This document shows positions 52,760 to 63,996 of a stretch of 64,000 bases of DNA, piece after piece. The stretch is from contig CAWKCK010000005.1 of NCBI GenBank assembly GCA_963848135.1, positions 1 through 64,000 on the forward strand. Reading direction: 5' to 3'. Made by a program: the position numbers and the translations under genes. A model generated the notes under the pieces. The model made no database searches. It saw nothing but the letters and a program-made list of their open reading frames with translations, and was not told the origin of the DNA. Within the stretch, counting starts at the first letter, position 1. The number at the start of each line of letters is the position of its first letter. The stretch is from an uncultured delta proteobacterium (GTDB lineage Bacteria; Desulfobacterota; Desulfobacteria; Desulfobacterales; SG8-13).

Positions 52760-54064
52760 TTAGCTGTGATTATTATGATTTGCTACGCCCGCCGACGCTC
52801 TTTTAGCTCTTTTCGGCGAAAGCCAGGCAAAAGCCCCTTCCTGGGATCGTCCCTCGGTTTTGCGATTGGGGGCTTTCGACCGACCCCTAAATGGCGGCCG
52901 TTTTGCTGAGTGATTGACCTTTCTGCTGGCTGATGCCGAAGGGACATCATAATTGAAATCCGTCAGGGTGCGCTGCTCCACGCGACCGCCGATGGCCTTA
53001 TTGATGGCCTTCACCATCCGGGTGTCCTCTGCGGTGATAAGGGTAAATGCCTGTCCGCTGCACTCGGCCCGGCCGGTACGCCCGATGCGGTGAATATAGG
53101 CCTCGGGAGTGGCCGGAATATCGTAATTGATGACATGGGAAATATTGAGGACGTCAATGCCGCGGGCCGCAATATCCGTAGCCACAAGGATTTGAAATTT
53201 CCCGGAACGAAAACTTTCCAGCGCTGCCTGACGCCGCCCCTGGGACAGGTTGCCCTGCAGTGAGGTCGAGCGGTAGCCGGCCCGTGCCAGTTTCTCGCCC
53301 AGATTCTTGGCACGATGCTTGGTGCGGGTAAACACCAGGACCGACCCGGTTCGGGTATGCCCCAGCAGTTTTATCAATAGAGCTGTCTTCAAATGCGGGG
53401 CCACCGGAAACAAGGCATGGCTGACGGTCTCCGCCGGTGCGGTCATTCCGATCTGTACTGTCATCGGGTTGTGCAAAATATCATTGGCCAGATTGCGGAT
53501 ATCTTTCGGCATGGTGGCCGAAAAGAGCAGGGTCTGGCGATTTTTTGAAGGAACGTGGGTTAAAATACGGCGAATGTCGGGTAAAAACCCCATATCGAAC
53601 ATCTGATCGGCTTCGTCTATCACCAACACTTCCAGCCGCGAAAGATCAATTGTCCGTCGATTAATGTGATCCAGCAAACGGCCGGGACATCCCACTACAA
53701 TTTCGGCACGCTTGAGAGCCTGGATCTGGGGATTGATCCCCACGCCGCCATAAACCGCGACGCTGCGCAATCGGGTTTGGCGTCCCAGGACCTTGATGGC
53801 CCCATGGATCTGTTCGGCCAATTCGCGGGTAGGAGCGATGATCAGTGCACCGACCCGGCCGCGCGGCCCATTGATAAGCCGATTGAGAATGGGCAAGGCA
53901 AAAGCGGCTGTTTTTCCCGTACCGGTCTGGGCCAACCCCATTACATCACGGCCCTTCATGACCTTTGGAATGGCTTGCGCCTGAATGGGTGTGGGCGTGA
54001 CAAAACCCGCTTCCTTTGCGCCTTTGGCAACTGCGGGGTGAAACGAAAAAGTATCAAAATTCAT
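52760..54064 (-). CDS. DEAD-box RNA helicase (RhlE-like)
   Basis: AQTGTGKT, PTRELA, DEAD, SAT, HRIGRTGR. Confidence 0.95.
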   Translation of the reverse strand: MNFDTFSFHPAVAKGAKEAGFVTPTPIQAQAIPKVMKGRDVMGLAQTGTGKTAAFALPILNRLINGPRGRVGALIIAPTRELAEQIHGAIKVLGRQTRLRSVAVYGGVGINPQIQALKRAEIVVGCPGRLLDHINRRTIDLSRLEVLVIDEADQMFDMGFLPDIRRILTHVPSKNRQTLLFSATMPKDIRNLANDILHNPMTVQIGMTAPAETVSHALFPVAPHLKTALLIKLLGHTRTGSVLVFTRTKHRAKNLGEKLARAGYRSTSLQGNLSQGRRQAALESFRSGKFQILVATDIAARGIDVLNISHVINYDIPATPEAYIHRIGRTGRAECSGQAFTLITAEDTRMVKAINKAIGGRVEQRTLTDFNYDVPSASASRKVNHSAKRPPFRGRSKAPNRKTEGRSQEGAFAWLSPKRAKRASAGVANHNNHS

Positions 54065-54301
54065 TAAATAAATTCCTTAAAGAAGATCAATGTCATTGAT
54101 CTCGGACTAAATCTGTACGGAATCAGCGTTCCCGTGCTCCTGCGTGAGAACGGCTCCGCACTCATTAAACAGGTCCGCCCGCGGAACTATTCCGGAGCGT
54201 ATTCTCTCTTTGTTTGTATTCTGGGAATTTCGCGGTAGGAGCTTCCAGGGGCATCCATGTATATTGGATGGAATGCCCCGTTCCAGAAGATAATCAGAAG
54301 G

Positions 54302-54502
54302 TTAGCTTACAGTGACATTAGCGGCGGCAAGCCCTTTTGGGCCTTGCTCGATGTCAAAAGTCACCCGGTCGCCTTCGCTCAGGCTTTTAAAACCGCTGGC
54401 GTTTATTCCTGAATGATGAACAAACACATCCGGTCCGCCGTCCTGTTCGATGAAACCGAAACCTTTTTGGTCGTTAAACCATTTTACGGTACCATTGGCC
54501 AT
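54302..54502 (-). CDS. Cold-shock protein
   Basis: GTVKWFN..KGFGFI, DVFVH. Confidence 0.95.
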   Translation of the reverse strand: MANGTVKWFNDQKGFGFIEQDGGPDVFVHHSGINASGFKSLSEGDRVTFDIEQGPKGLAAANVTVS

Positions 54503-54753
54503 GATAACATCCTCCTTTCTTAAAAGTATTCAAAATCTTAAACTGGAGGATGCTTCAATGAGGTACAGAAATATTCCTACAGAAAAAAATCGCCCCTCCG
54601 ATTCTCTGATGTTGGGGGCCACGTTGAATGGCGCATAATAAACCAATTTTAGCCAAATGCAAGCGAATTGTTGACATTAAAAAATATTTTAGCTTGTTAC
54701 CCGTTCACCGCGATCTAACCCCTTTTTAGCCGGAATACAAAATTCAGGCCCCA

Positions 54754-55917
54754 TTATCTCAGGTTGACCCGCGGCACACGGGCGGTAATAGCGGAAGTGA
54801 CCTCGTAGTTAATGGTGCCCAAGAGGCCCGCAATCTCGTCGGTTGTAACGGATTCGGTTCCCTGTCGGCCGATAATCACCACCTCGTCCTCGAGGTGGAC
54901 ATCGGGAACATGTCCAACGTCGAGCATCGTCAGATCCATGCATACCCTGCCGACAATCGGCGCCCGGACACCGTTGACCAACATGGATCCCCGATTGGAA
55001 AGACGACGGTTGTATCCATCGGCGTAACCGACAGGTATCGTCGCGATGGTGGTCGGCTTTTCAGTGGTGTGGGTCATACCGTAGCTGACGGCAAATCCGA
55101 CGGGAACCGTTTTCAGGTGGATAATCCGTGCCTTCAGACTCATGGCCGGCGCGAGGGCAATTTTGCCTTGGTCGACCTCATCGGAAGGATAAAGCCCGTA
55201 GAGGGAGATACCGGCCCGAACCATGTCCAGGTGCGTGTGGGGCATATCGATGATGGCGCCGCTGTTGGCGGCATGCCGAACCGGGATCTCTAATCCGGCG
55301 CGTTCCAGACGATCAAGGAAATCAAGGTATACGGTGAATTGCTGTTCGGCATATGTCTTGTCGGCACTGTCGGCGCTGGCAAAATGAGTAAAAATCCCTT
55401 CCAGTTCCACCCCCCGCAGCCTGGCAATCTCTAACGAATCCTTTACAGCTGTTCCGGTTACGTCCATCCCCGGTGGCGCGTACCGTCGGGCATCGGGCAA
55501 AAGTCCCAGACGCCCCATACCACTGTCGATCTTCAGATGAACTTTTAGGCGCCCACCCGTCTTGCCGATCTGCTCGGCGTAAGCCCTGGCGGTTTCGATG
55601 GCATAGACCGTCTGCGTGATATCATATCGAACAAGCGTGGCGACGGAATCGGGTGATGTGTAACCGAGGACCAGAATCGGCGCCGAGAGGCCAGCTTCGC
55701 GCAGCATGGTTGCTTCAGGAAGCCGGGCGACACCCAGGGCCTCGGCGCCGCTCTCGATCGCCCGACGCGCGACTGCCACCAGTCCATGACCATACGCATT
55801 GGCCTTTACGGCGACCAGAAGCCGCGCCTCGGGGCGGGTAATGCGCCTCAATTCCCGCACATTTGCGGCGATTGCCGCCAAGTCTATTTCAGCCCAGATT
55901 AGAGGCGTGTCTGTCAC
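54754..55917 (-). CDS. alr: Alanine racemase
   Basis: AVKANAYGHG, HLKIDSGMGRLG, GYADG, GRVCMD. Confidence 0.95.
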   Translation of the reverse strand: MTDTPLIWAEIDLAAIAANVRELRRITRPEARLLVAVKANAYGHGLVAVARRAIESGAEALGVARLPEATMLREAGLSAPILVLGYTSPDSVATLVRYDITQTVYAIETARAYAEQIGKTGGRLKVHLKIDSGMGRLGLLPDARRYAPPGMDVTGTAVKDSLEIARLRGVELEGIFTHFASADSADKTYAEQQFTVYLDFLDRLERAGLEIPVRHAANSGAIIDMPHTHLDMVRAGISLYGLYPSDEVDQGKIALAPAMSLKARIIHLKTVPVGFAVSYGMTHTTEKPTTIATIPVGYADGYNRRLSNRGSMLVNGVRAPIVGRVCMDLTMLDVGHVPDVHLEDEVVIIGRQGTESVTTDEIAGLLGTINYEVTSAITARVPRVNLR

Positions 55918-56288
55918 AGGACTTCTTTCCGCTCGTACTTGTCAATCCATTGGCCGTCTGTATAACCAGACGAGTTAATCCAACAACGCCCTATCGGCAG
56001 CCATCATACGAACCGTTTAGCCCGAACATTTCATGAAATCTTTTAACCGAGCGGTCAAAAGGAAGCTATGTCGGGACGTTGGCCAAACTCATGAACCGTA
56101 TAACCCTGGGGCACTTTGTACCTCCCCAAGATTTTATGAAAAAGCTGCAAAGATTTCACCCTTTGGGTCAACCGGGGGTTCTCGTGGTCACGCTATAGCG
56201 AGATTATTCGAGGATCGCGGTAGACTGACTACAGCATCACCTCGAAATGCCTTGGCCACAATAGCCTCCAATTGATGAAAATTCCGGG

Positions 56289-57401
56289 CTATATGAGCGC
56301 ATCGACCGCTTCATATTTCATTCCAAAGGCGTCAGCAACTCCTTTGTAGGTTACCTTGCCGCGCACGACGTTGGCACCGCATTTGATTTCCGGGTTACTG
56401 TCAAAAGCCTTTTTCCAGCCCTTGTTAGCGATTTCGACCGCATACGGAAGCGTTGCATTGGTCAATGCGACGGTCGAGGTTTTAGGCACCGCTCCGGGCA
56501 TGTTGGCCACACAGTAATGGACCACCCCGTTGACGACATAGGTCGGATTGCCGTGGGTGGTCGCTTTCGATGTTTCGAAACAACCACCCTGGTCAATGGC
56601 AACATCCACCAACACCGAACCTTTCTTCATTGTCTTCAACATGTCACGGGTTATCAATTTGGGTGCCTTGGCCCCGGGGATGAGAACGGCCCCGACCACC
56701 ACATCGGCCTCACGGATAAGATCGCGGACGGTAAGCGGGCTCGACATCAGGGGAATACAATTGCTGGGCATGACATCACTCAGGTAACGCAAACGGCGGA
56801 GATCCATGTCGAGGATATACACCCTGGCCCCCAGCCCGCATGCCATCTTGGCCGCATTGATTCCCACGACGCCGCCACCGATAATCACCACGGTCCCGGG
56901 ATCCACCCCCGGAACACCACCCAGCAATACTCCGGCACCACCCCTGCTCATTTCCAGGTACATCGCCCCCTGCTGGATGGCCATGCGTCCCGCCACTTCG
57001 CTCATGGGGGTCAGGAGCGGTAGCGATCCATCGGATTTCTGAATGGTTTCGTAAGCAATGTTGATGCTGCGCCGCTTCTTCAATATCTGCGTCAATTCCT
57101 TGGCAGCGGCCAGATGGAGGTAAGTGAATACGATCTGGTCCTCCCGGATCAGGTCGTATTCTGGTGGAAGCGGCTCTTTGACGTGCATGACCATCTCCGC
57201 TTTGGCGAAGACTTCCCGAGGAGACTTCGCGATTTTGGCACCGGCGTTGCGGTAATCCGTATTGTTGAACCCGCTGCCGATCCCGGCATCCTTTTCCACC
57301 AGGACAGTGTGCCCGTGCTGCTTCATCACCTCTACACCGGCCGGGGTCATGGACACCCGGTTCTCTTCCGCTTTAATCTCCTTTAGGATTCCAACAATCA
57401 T
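56289..57401 (-). CDS. ald: Alanine dehydrogenase
   Basis: KEIK..ENRV, FTYLHLA, PMSEVAGR, DVAIDQGG, VANMPG. Confidence 0.95.
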   Translation of the reverse strand: MIVGILKEIKAEENRVSMTPAGVEVMKQHGHTVLVEKDAGIGSGFNNTDYRNAGAKIAKSPREVFAKAEMVMHVKEPLPPEYDLIREDQIVFTYLHLAAAKELTQILKKRRSINIAYETIQKSDGSLPLLTPMSEVAGRMAIQQGAMYLEMSRGGAGVLLGGVPGVDPGTVVIIGGGVVGINAAKMACGLGARVYILDMDLRRLRYLSDVMPSNCIPLMSSPLTVRDLIREADVVVGAVLIPGAKAPKLITRDMLKTMKKGSVLVDVAIDQGGCFETSKATTHGNPTYVVNGVVHYCVANMPGAVPKTSTVALTNATLPYAVEIANKGWKKAFDSNPEIKCGANVVRGKVTYKGVADAFGMKYEAVDALI

Positions 57402-57538
57402 GTTTCCCCCCATCCGTTGGGCCCTTCGCCCGTTATCAAGTTGAATGGATTACCCACAGGTCCGTTTGACCGTTGTCGCACTCAAATATCCAACCGGCTA
57501 AACCGGCTGACGGACCTAACCGGCCGCCCCTAGGCAGC

Positions 57539-58790
57539 CTATAGCATTTCGATGGCACACGCCATGGCCACCCCGCCACCACCGCACAGGGTCGCCAGAC
57601 CGAGAGTTTTGCCCCTTTGCTGCAGGGCATGTATAAGAGTCACCATGATTCGGGCGCCTGTTGCACCGACCGGATGCCCCAGACCGATACCGGAACCGTT
57701 GATATTGGTAATTTCACGTTTCAAACCCAGTTCTCTTTCAACGGCAATGTACTGGGCCGCGAAAGCCTCATTCACTTCGATCAGCTCGAAGTCATCGATT
57801 TTCAAACCGCTCCTGCCGAGCAGATCTTTCACCGCCGGTACGGGTGATAAACCCATGATCGACGGGTGGCAGGCCCCTTTGCCTGACGGCTTTGATTCTG
57901 GCTATGGGCCGTATGTTCAAGTCCATGGCCTTGCTGCGCGACATGATCACCAACCCGGCTGAACCGTCGTTGATGCCGCTGGCGTTGCCAACGGTGACCT
58001 TACCGATGTCAGGCACAAAGACCGGCGGCAGCCTTTTCAGATCCGCCATGGTCAATCCGGGCCGGAAATGCTCATCGTGGGCAAATACGACCGCCCTTCC
58101 CTCCTTTTTATGCAACCGCATCGGAACGATTTCGGCATCGAAAGATCCGTCACTGTTCGCCCGCTCGGCATTGTTCTGGCTCCTCAGGGCGACCTCATCC
58201 ATTTCTTCACGACTGATATCAAAATGCTGGGCAAGAAATTCTGCGGTGTGTCCCATGAGGTAGGGTTTACCCTTGAAGTAGCTAAGCGGCGGCTTGTCTG
58301 CATCCACCGGCCCGTCCTCCGGATGGGGGATGATGTGAGATCCGCAATGGAGGGCATGGATCATGGCATCGACGAACACCTGATCCTGCAGGCGGCATCC
58401 CCAGCGTGCCGATGGGACTTCGTATGGGACACCGGACATGTGTTCGACACCACCGGCCAGTATGATACCGGCCATTTCTGATTGAATCATGGCCATCCCG
58501 GAAACGACAGCCTCCATCCCGGAGATGCACACCCGGTTGATGGTCACGGCCGGAACAGTGTCTGGTATTCCGGCCAGTAAGGCCCCGACCCGGGAAACGT
58601 TCAATGCATCGGTCGGCTCCATGCAGCAACCGTAACGGATATCGTCAATCAAGGCCGGTTCGATTCCGGCCCGTTCGACGGCCGCTGTCATGGTCACGCT
58701 GGCAATTCTGGCGGCATTGCTGTCGCGAAGTGTTCCTCCGAAGGCACCGATGGCGGTCCGGCAGGCCGATGCGATCACCACCTCTTCCAT
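57539..58790 (-). pseudogene. Acetyl-CoA acetyltransferase (thiolase) with a 1-nt insertion near 57884
   Basis: NRVCISG in ORF 57792-58790; NEAFA, GHPVGATG, LCGGGG in ORF 57539-57856; possibly a sequencing error. Confidence 0.85.
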
Positions 58791-59075
58791 GGCTGTCTCC
58801 TCTGATCCGCGGCAGCGGTTACCGCGACACTGATGCCCCTGTCAAGGATGCTGCGTCCAACTTAAGAGCAAATTGCACATGGCGGGCAATTTAGCGTATC
58901 CTATGAAAATCGATCAGATCTTGTCAAGAAATTGCCGCTCCATCTCGGCAAGACGATCTTGACAAATATTTTATCGGCGATTTAAATAATTGAGGTGCAG
59001 GGATCATTTAAACAAAGTATAACGCATTAATATACCGTATTCTGCATTTCATCTTCTACACTGGGGAGGCCGAGG

Positions 59076-61823
59076 ATGGCAGAGAAAAAGTGGGTTTATC
59101 TCTTTGAAGAAGTCGAACAGGTTCAGGAATATGTCTGCGGCGAATGGGAGAACGTCCGCGGACTGTTGGGTGGTAAAGGTGCAAATCTGGCAGAAATGGC
59201 ACGGCTGGGAATCCCGGTACCTCCCGGATTTACGGTCACCACCGAGGCCTGCAATGCTTACCTCGCCGGTGGAGGCACCCTGCCGGAAGGAATGTGGGAA
59301 CAAGAAATCGCGGCCCTGCACAGGATTGAAGCGGCAACCGGCAAAACATTCGGCGATCTCAAGATCCCTCTGTTAGTCTCTTGTCGTTCCGGGGCCAGGT
59401 ACTCCATGCCCGGAATGATGGACACGGTTCTCAATATCGGTCTGAACGATAATACGGCCAAGGGGTTGGCCGCCCTGACCGGTGACGAAAGATTCGCCTA
59501 CGATGCCTATCGGCGACTGATCCAAATGTTCGGCACTGTCGTTATGGGCGTGCCCGACGATGTCTATGAAGAGGTGCTCACCACTGCACGCGAAAAAGCG
59601 GGCGTCAAGACCGATTCGGATCTGAATGCCGAGCAGTGGCGTGTCATTACCCAGGAATTTAAGGACATTTACCGACACCATACCCATCATGATTTTCCCA
59701 CAGATCCTTTCGAGCAATTGAAATTGGCCACCGAAGCGGTATTTAAGAGCTGGAACGGCAAGCGGGCCATCGATTATCGCAAGGCCGCCGGTATTCCGCA
59801 CGATCTGGGAACGGCGGTCAGCATTGTGACCATGGTTTTCGGCAATATGGGCGACGACTGCGCCACCGGAGTGGCCATGACCCGCAATGGCTCTAACGGC
59901 GAAAAGCATCTCGAAGGCGATTATCTCACCAACGCCCAAGGCGAGGACGTTGTCGCCGGCATCCGCCTGACAAAAGATCTCAAAGAACTGATATCGGAAA
60001 TGCCGTCGGCCTACGCAGAATTCGAGCAGATTGTCCAAAGACTCGAGCGCCACTATCGCGATATGCAGGACGTCGAATTCACGATCGAGCGCGGAAAACT
60101 CTGGATGCTTCAAACGCGTGATGGGAAACGCACGGCTCAAGCTGCCGTCCGCATTGCGGTCGACATGGCCGAGGAAGGGTTGATCTCCCAGGAGGAAGCA
60201 GTTTTAAGAGTTTCTCCGGAGCAGGTCGATTTTTTCATGCATCCGCAGTTCGACATCCAGGCCACCCGATCCGCCCGCAACCAGGGGGGCCTGTTGGCCA
60301 GCGGACTCAATGTGTCACCGGGTGCCGCCTGCGGAATCGTGGCATTCGACGCCGACCTGGCAGAGTCCTGGGCCAAAAAGAACAGCAACCCGGTCATCAT
60401 GGTGAGGCCGGAAACCAAGCCGGATGATGTCCACGGAATGCTGGCAGCATGCGGAATTTTGACGAGCCGCGGCGGCCGAACCAGCCACGCCGCTCTTGTG
60501 GCCCGCCAATTCGGCAAACCTGCCGTGGTTGGGGTTTCCAGCCTGAATATCGATATCGGCAAGCGCCGGATGAGCGTTGGAGAGGTCGTCGTTCAAGAAG
60601 GCGACTGGATATCTGTCGACGGCACATCCGGTGAGGTCTTTTTGGGACAAATTGCGACGACGGTGCCGGACATCAAGGACCCATGGCTGCTGAAACTACT
60701 CGCATGGGCCGATAAATTTCGCCGACTGGGTGTGTGGGCCAATGCCGACTATCCCCGCGATGCCGTGAGGGCCCGCGAATACGGCGCCGAGGGTATCGGA
60801 TTGTGTCGAACCGAACACATGTTTTTCGAGGCCGAAAGACTCCCGATCGTGCAGAAGATGATCATGTCCGACCGACGTGTCGATCAAAGTGAAGCCTTAG
60901 AGGCTCTGCTGCCTTTTCAACGGGAAGATTTTGCCGGTCTGTTCCGGGCCATGGACGGGCTGCCGGTTATTATCCGCCTGATCGATCCGCCCCTGCACGA
61001 GTTCCTGCCCAGTCATGTCAATCTGCTGCGCGAATTGGCCGATTTGAAAATCCGCCTGCATCACGCCGCCACCCTGAGCGATATCGACGAATTGCTATTA
61101 GAGGTCCAGACCAAGGAACGGATTCTCAGGCGGGTGGAAAGCCTGCAGGAAGCCAACCCGATGCTCGGCATGCGCGGTGTTCGTCTCGGCATTCACATTC
61201 CCGAGTTGACGACCATGCAGGTCCGGGCGATATTCGAAGCCGCCTGTGAGGTGGCCAAAGACGGTGTTGACGTCCATCCGGAGGTCATGATCCCTCTCAC
61301 AAGCCACGTAAATGAGCTCAAAATTCAGCGAGAAATTCTGGAAGGCGAAGCCCGTAAAGTCATGGATGAGCAGGGTATGGTCATCGATTACAAGTTCGGC
61401 ACGATGATCGAGATTCCGAGGGCCGCCCTGACGGCCGACCAGATCGCTCACCAGGCGGAGTTTTTCTCTTTCGGCACTAACGACCTCACCCAGACAACCT
61501 TCGGCATATCACGTGACGATGCCGAGGCGGGATTTCTGATCGAATATATGGAAAGAGGCATCCTTAACGACAATCCGTTCGCCACGATCGACAAAGATGG
61601 TGTCGGCGCCCTGATGGCCATGGCCGTCCAAAAAGGACGCAGCGTTAAACCGGATCTGGAATGCGGTATTTGCGGAGAGCACGGCGGGGACCCCAAATCG
61701 ATTCGCGTGTGCCATGAACTCGGGCTGACCTATGTGTCCTGCTCACCCTTTCGGGTACCGATCGCCCGCCTGGCAGCCTCACACGCAGCACTGGAAGCCA
61801 AGAAAAAGGAAAAAGGGAAGTAA
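59076..61823 (+). CDS. ppdK: Pyruvate, phosphate dikinase
   Basis: GGKGANL, SMPGMMDT, GGRTSHAA, GLCRTEHMF, SFGTNDL, CGEHGG. Confidence 0.96.
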   Translation: MAEKKWVYLFEEVEQVQEYVCGEWENVRGLLGGKGANLAEMARLGIPVPPGFTVTTEACNAYLAGGGTLPEGMWEQEIAALHRIEAATGKTFGDLKIPLLVSCRSGARYSMPGMMDTVLNIGLNDNTAKGLAALTGDERFAYDAYRRLIQMFGTVVMGVPDDVYEEVLTTAREKAGVKTDSDLNAEQWRVITQEFKDIYRHHTHHDFPTDPFEQLKLATEAVFKSWNGKRAIDYRKAAGIPHDLGTAVSIVTMVFGNMGDDCATGVAMTRNGSNGEKHLEGDYLTNAQGEDVVAGIRLTKDLKELISEMPSAYAEFEQIVQRLERHYRDMQDVEFTIERGKLWMLQTRDGKRTAQAAVRIAVDMAEEGLISQEEAVLRVSPEQVDFFMHPQFDIQATRSARNQGGLLASGLNVSPGAACGIVAFDADLAESWAKKNSNPVIMVRPETKPDDVHGMLAACGILTSRGGRTSHAALVARQFGKPAVVGVSSLNIDIGKRRMSVGEVVVQEGDWISVDGTSGEVFLGQIATTVPDIKDPWLLKLLAWADKFRRLGVWANADYPRDAVRAREYGAEGIGLCRTEHMFFEAERLPIVQKMIMSDRRVDQSEALEALLPFQREDFAGLFRAMDGLPVIIRLIDPPLHEFLPSHVNLLRELADLKIRLHHAATLSDIDELLLEVQTKERILRRVESLQEANPMLGMRGVRLGIHIPELTTMQVRAIFEAACEVAKDGVDVHPEVMIPLTSHVNELKIQREILEGEARKVMDEQGMVIDYKFGTMIEIPRAALTADQIAHQAEFFSFGTNDLTQTTFGISRDDAEAGFLIEYMERGILNDNPFATIDKDGVGALMAMAVQKGRSVKPDLECGICGEHGGDPKSIRVCHELGLTYVSCSPFRVPIARLAASHAALEAKKKEKGK

Positions 61824-61835
61824 AGACTCCGGAGA

Positions 61836-62567
61836 TCAAAAGGCCTTTTCACCGGCACGGCGCCGGCCCTCCTCCTTTTCCCGGCGGTCCTTTTCTTCCA
61901 AAGAAACCAGTTCGTCGATATTATCGGCAAAGTAGATCATGATTCGATACTCATTGTCATCGCGACGCGTGGGGGCGATAGTGGCCAAAAGAACGTCTTT
62001 TTTATCCCGCCAATACATGGCCTGGCCGGTCTCTTCTTGCGGCAGATCGATTTTCATCGGCTTCCCGAATTTATCTTCGAGGGTACGCAAAATATCGGAT
62101 ATATCTCTGCTCGCGTTAATATGAATAAAGAGCGGCCGTTCGGTATGATTTGAGAAAACCAATTCGACATAGTAGAATGGAAGGTTTTTATTTCGCGCAT
62201 AACGGTACATGAGCTTGACGGTGTTGTGCTCCACCCGCTCGCCCGGGGGTGTATTCAAACGAAGGTTCAGCTGGTAAAGATCGGGGAAATGTTTTTCGAG
62301 AAAGCCTTCCCCGTTGACCTCCAAGTCGATGATGTTGCGGTATGAAATGGCATCGGAACCGAGGCTATTTTTCAAACGCTCGCGCAACGCTTCCGTATAC
62401 GGTGTTGTCGCACCGACATCGAGAAATGCGAAACCCTCTGTCTGGGTCGGCGATTGAGGCACAGCCTGCTCTTCACCCGAACAGCCGGCCACAAGGGTGG
62501 CAAACAGCCCGATGAGGCCAAAAAATAGGTTTCGAAAGGCACGTGTGTTTTTTCTGAATAGGCGCAT
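61836..62567 (-). CDS. Hypothetical lipoprotein
   Basis: Lipobox VAGC after a hydrophobic stretch. Confidence 0.7.
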   Translation of the reverse strand: MRLFRKNTRAFRNLFFGLIGLFATLVAGCSGEEQAVPQSPTQTEGFAFLDVGATTPYTEALRERLKNSLGSDAISYRNIIDLEVNGEGFLEKHFPDLYQLNLRLNTPPGERVEHNTVKLMYRYARNKNLPFYYVELVFSNHTERPLFIHINASRDISDILRTLEDKFGKPMKIDLPQEETGQAMYWRDKKDVLLATIAPTRRDDNEYRIMIYFADNIDELVSLEEKDRREKEEGRRRAGEKAF

Positions 62568-62725
62568 ACGATATGATAATCATCCTCTCAGGTATCTGTT
62601 AGCTTCCAGAGCTGTCTAACTTTGAAAGCCTCCGCATCAAGGCTGGGGGGTTACCGATGGTTATTGATCTCGAAAACCTCATCCCGGCAGTGTCGGTTCC
62701 CGCGAGTTTCTGCCGGAAATATTAG

Positions 62726-62934
62726 ACCTAATTTGAGCGATTGTCGAGGTTGCCGCAGATACAAGGAAGATGTCGTTCCGCTATAGTCAGCTATGCGGGA
62801 TGGTATATGACACCGTAGATGCGGCAAGATCGGCAATCCCAAAGGGTTTCAAATTTTAAAATCAAACGATGATAGAATTCCCTATATATAAAGCAGTTCC
62901 CCCTCCTTTAAAATTTGAAACGCTCACTTTAGGT
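62726..62934 (+). mobile_element. ~210 bp MITE-like element, copy 3
   Basis: Ends ACCTAATTTGAGCG / CGCTCACTTTAGGT; flanked by TAG on both sides. Confidence 0.8.
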
Positions 62935-62981
62935 TAGATAATGCCTGAATGCATGTCAATAGTACAGGTAGTGATGACAAT

Positions 62982-63338
62982 ATGGATTCAAAAGAAGCGA
63001 TTCTCACATTTTCACAAAGTGAAAAGGTAAAGGCCGGTATCATCTGGGTAACGCAAGCGCTCGAATTCCTCATCCGGCTCCCGGAGAAAAACCGGCGCAG
63101 CGCCGAACGGATGGCGCATGTTTTTATCGGAATGATCCTGCATGATGTTCATCTGGCCGGCCGGTTGGCGACGGATCCGAAGTGGCACGAGGTGGAAAAG
63201 AACGTCGACCTGGCCCTTGTCATGCTCGATTCCGGTGTGCCCTCCGAAGCCGGGTACCATCTAACGAGGGCCTTGAGTTGTGTCACCGATATCGGCCAGC
63301 GGTCTATGAGTTACCTGAAGAAGCACGGGCTTCTCTAA
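62982..63338 (+). CDS. Hypothetical helical protein
   Basis: 118-aa ORF filling the gap between genes, protein-like composition. Confidence 0.6.
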   Translation: MDSKEAILTFSQSEKVKAGIIWVTQALEFLIRLPEKNRRSAERMAHVFIGMILHDVHLAGRLATDPKWHEVEKNVDLALVMLDSGVPSEAGYHLTRALSCVTDIGQRSMSYLKKHGLL

Positions 63339-63453
63339 TCGGACCCGGCGCTCATCGTTGCGCCTGAATATGTCCCTCTGGTTCCGCATGCCGCGGGCAT
63401 CCCGGCCGGAAGGAGACGAACCGGCGCGAGGGGCATTTCTCTGGCCGCATCGG

Positions 63454-63996
63454 TCACAGGACCTCCCGGCGTTGGAGATCCTCTATGTGAAAGGGGAACT
63501 CGGAACGGGACCGATCTTCAATATAACGTGCCAATGTCTTTTCGATTACCGGAAATGCCAAATCCGCCCACGGAATCTCGTCTACCCCAAAGAGCCGGAC
63601 TTCCAAGCTTTCCGGACCGGGCTTGAAATCCAGATCGGACAGGCACCCCCTGAACATAAGGTATATCTGATTGACATAGCAGATATTGTAGAGACCGTAA
63701 GGAACCATCCCGTGAATCGTAGCTCCGGCCTCTTCGTGGGTTTCCCGCCTGGCCCCCTCCGCTACGGTTTCTCCGTTTTCCAGATAGCCGGCCGGAAGGG
63801 TCCACAGCCCGTATCGTGGTTCGATCGCCCGCCGGCAGAAAAGGATCTTATCCTGCCACTCGGGAATGCAACCGACAACGACCCTGGGATTCTGGTAGTG
63901 AATCGTGCGGCAGGAACGACAAGTGTATCGTGGGCGATCATCTCCAGGGGGTATAACCAGGGTAACAGCGGAACCACATCGGCTACAATACTTCAT
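63454..63996 (-). CDS. NUDIX hydrolase with N-terminal zinc ribbon
   Basis: CSRC..CRSC; Nudix box GYLENGETVAEGARRETHEEAG. Confidence 0.92.
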   Translation of the reverse strand: MKYCSRCGSAVTLVIPPGDDRPRYTCRSCRTIHYQNPRVVVGCIPEWQDKILFCRRAIEPRYGLWTLPAGYLENGETVAEGARRETHEEAGATIHGMVPYGLYNICYVNQIYLMFRGCLSDLDFKPGPESLEVRLFGVDEIPWADLAFPVIEKTLARYIEDRSRSEFPFHIEDLQRREVL

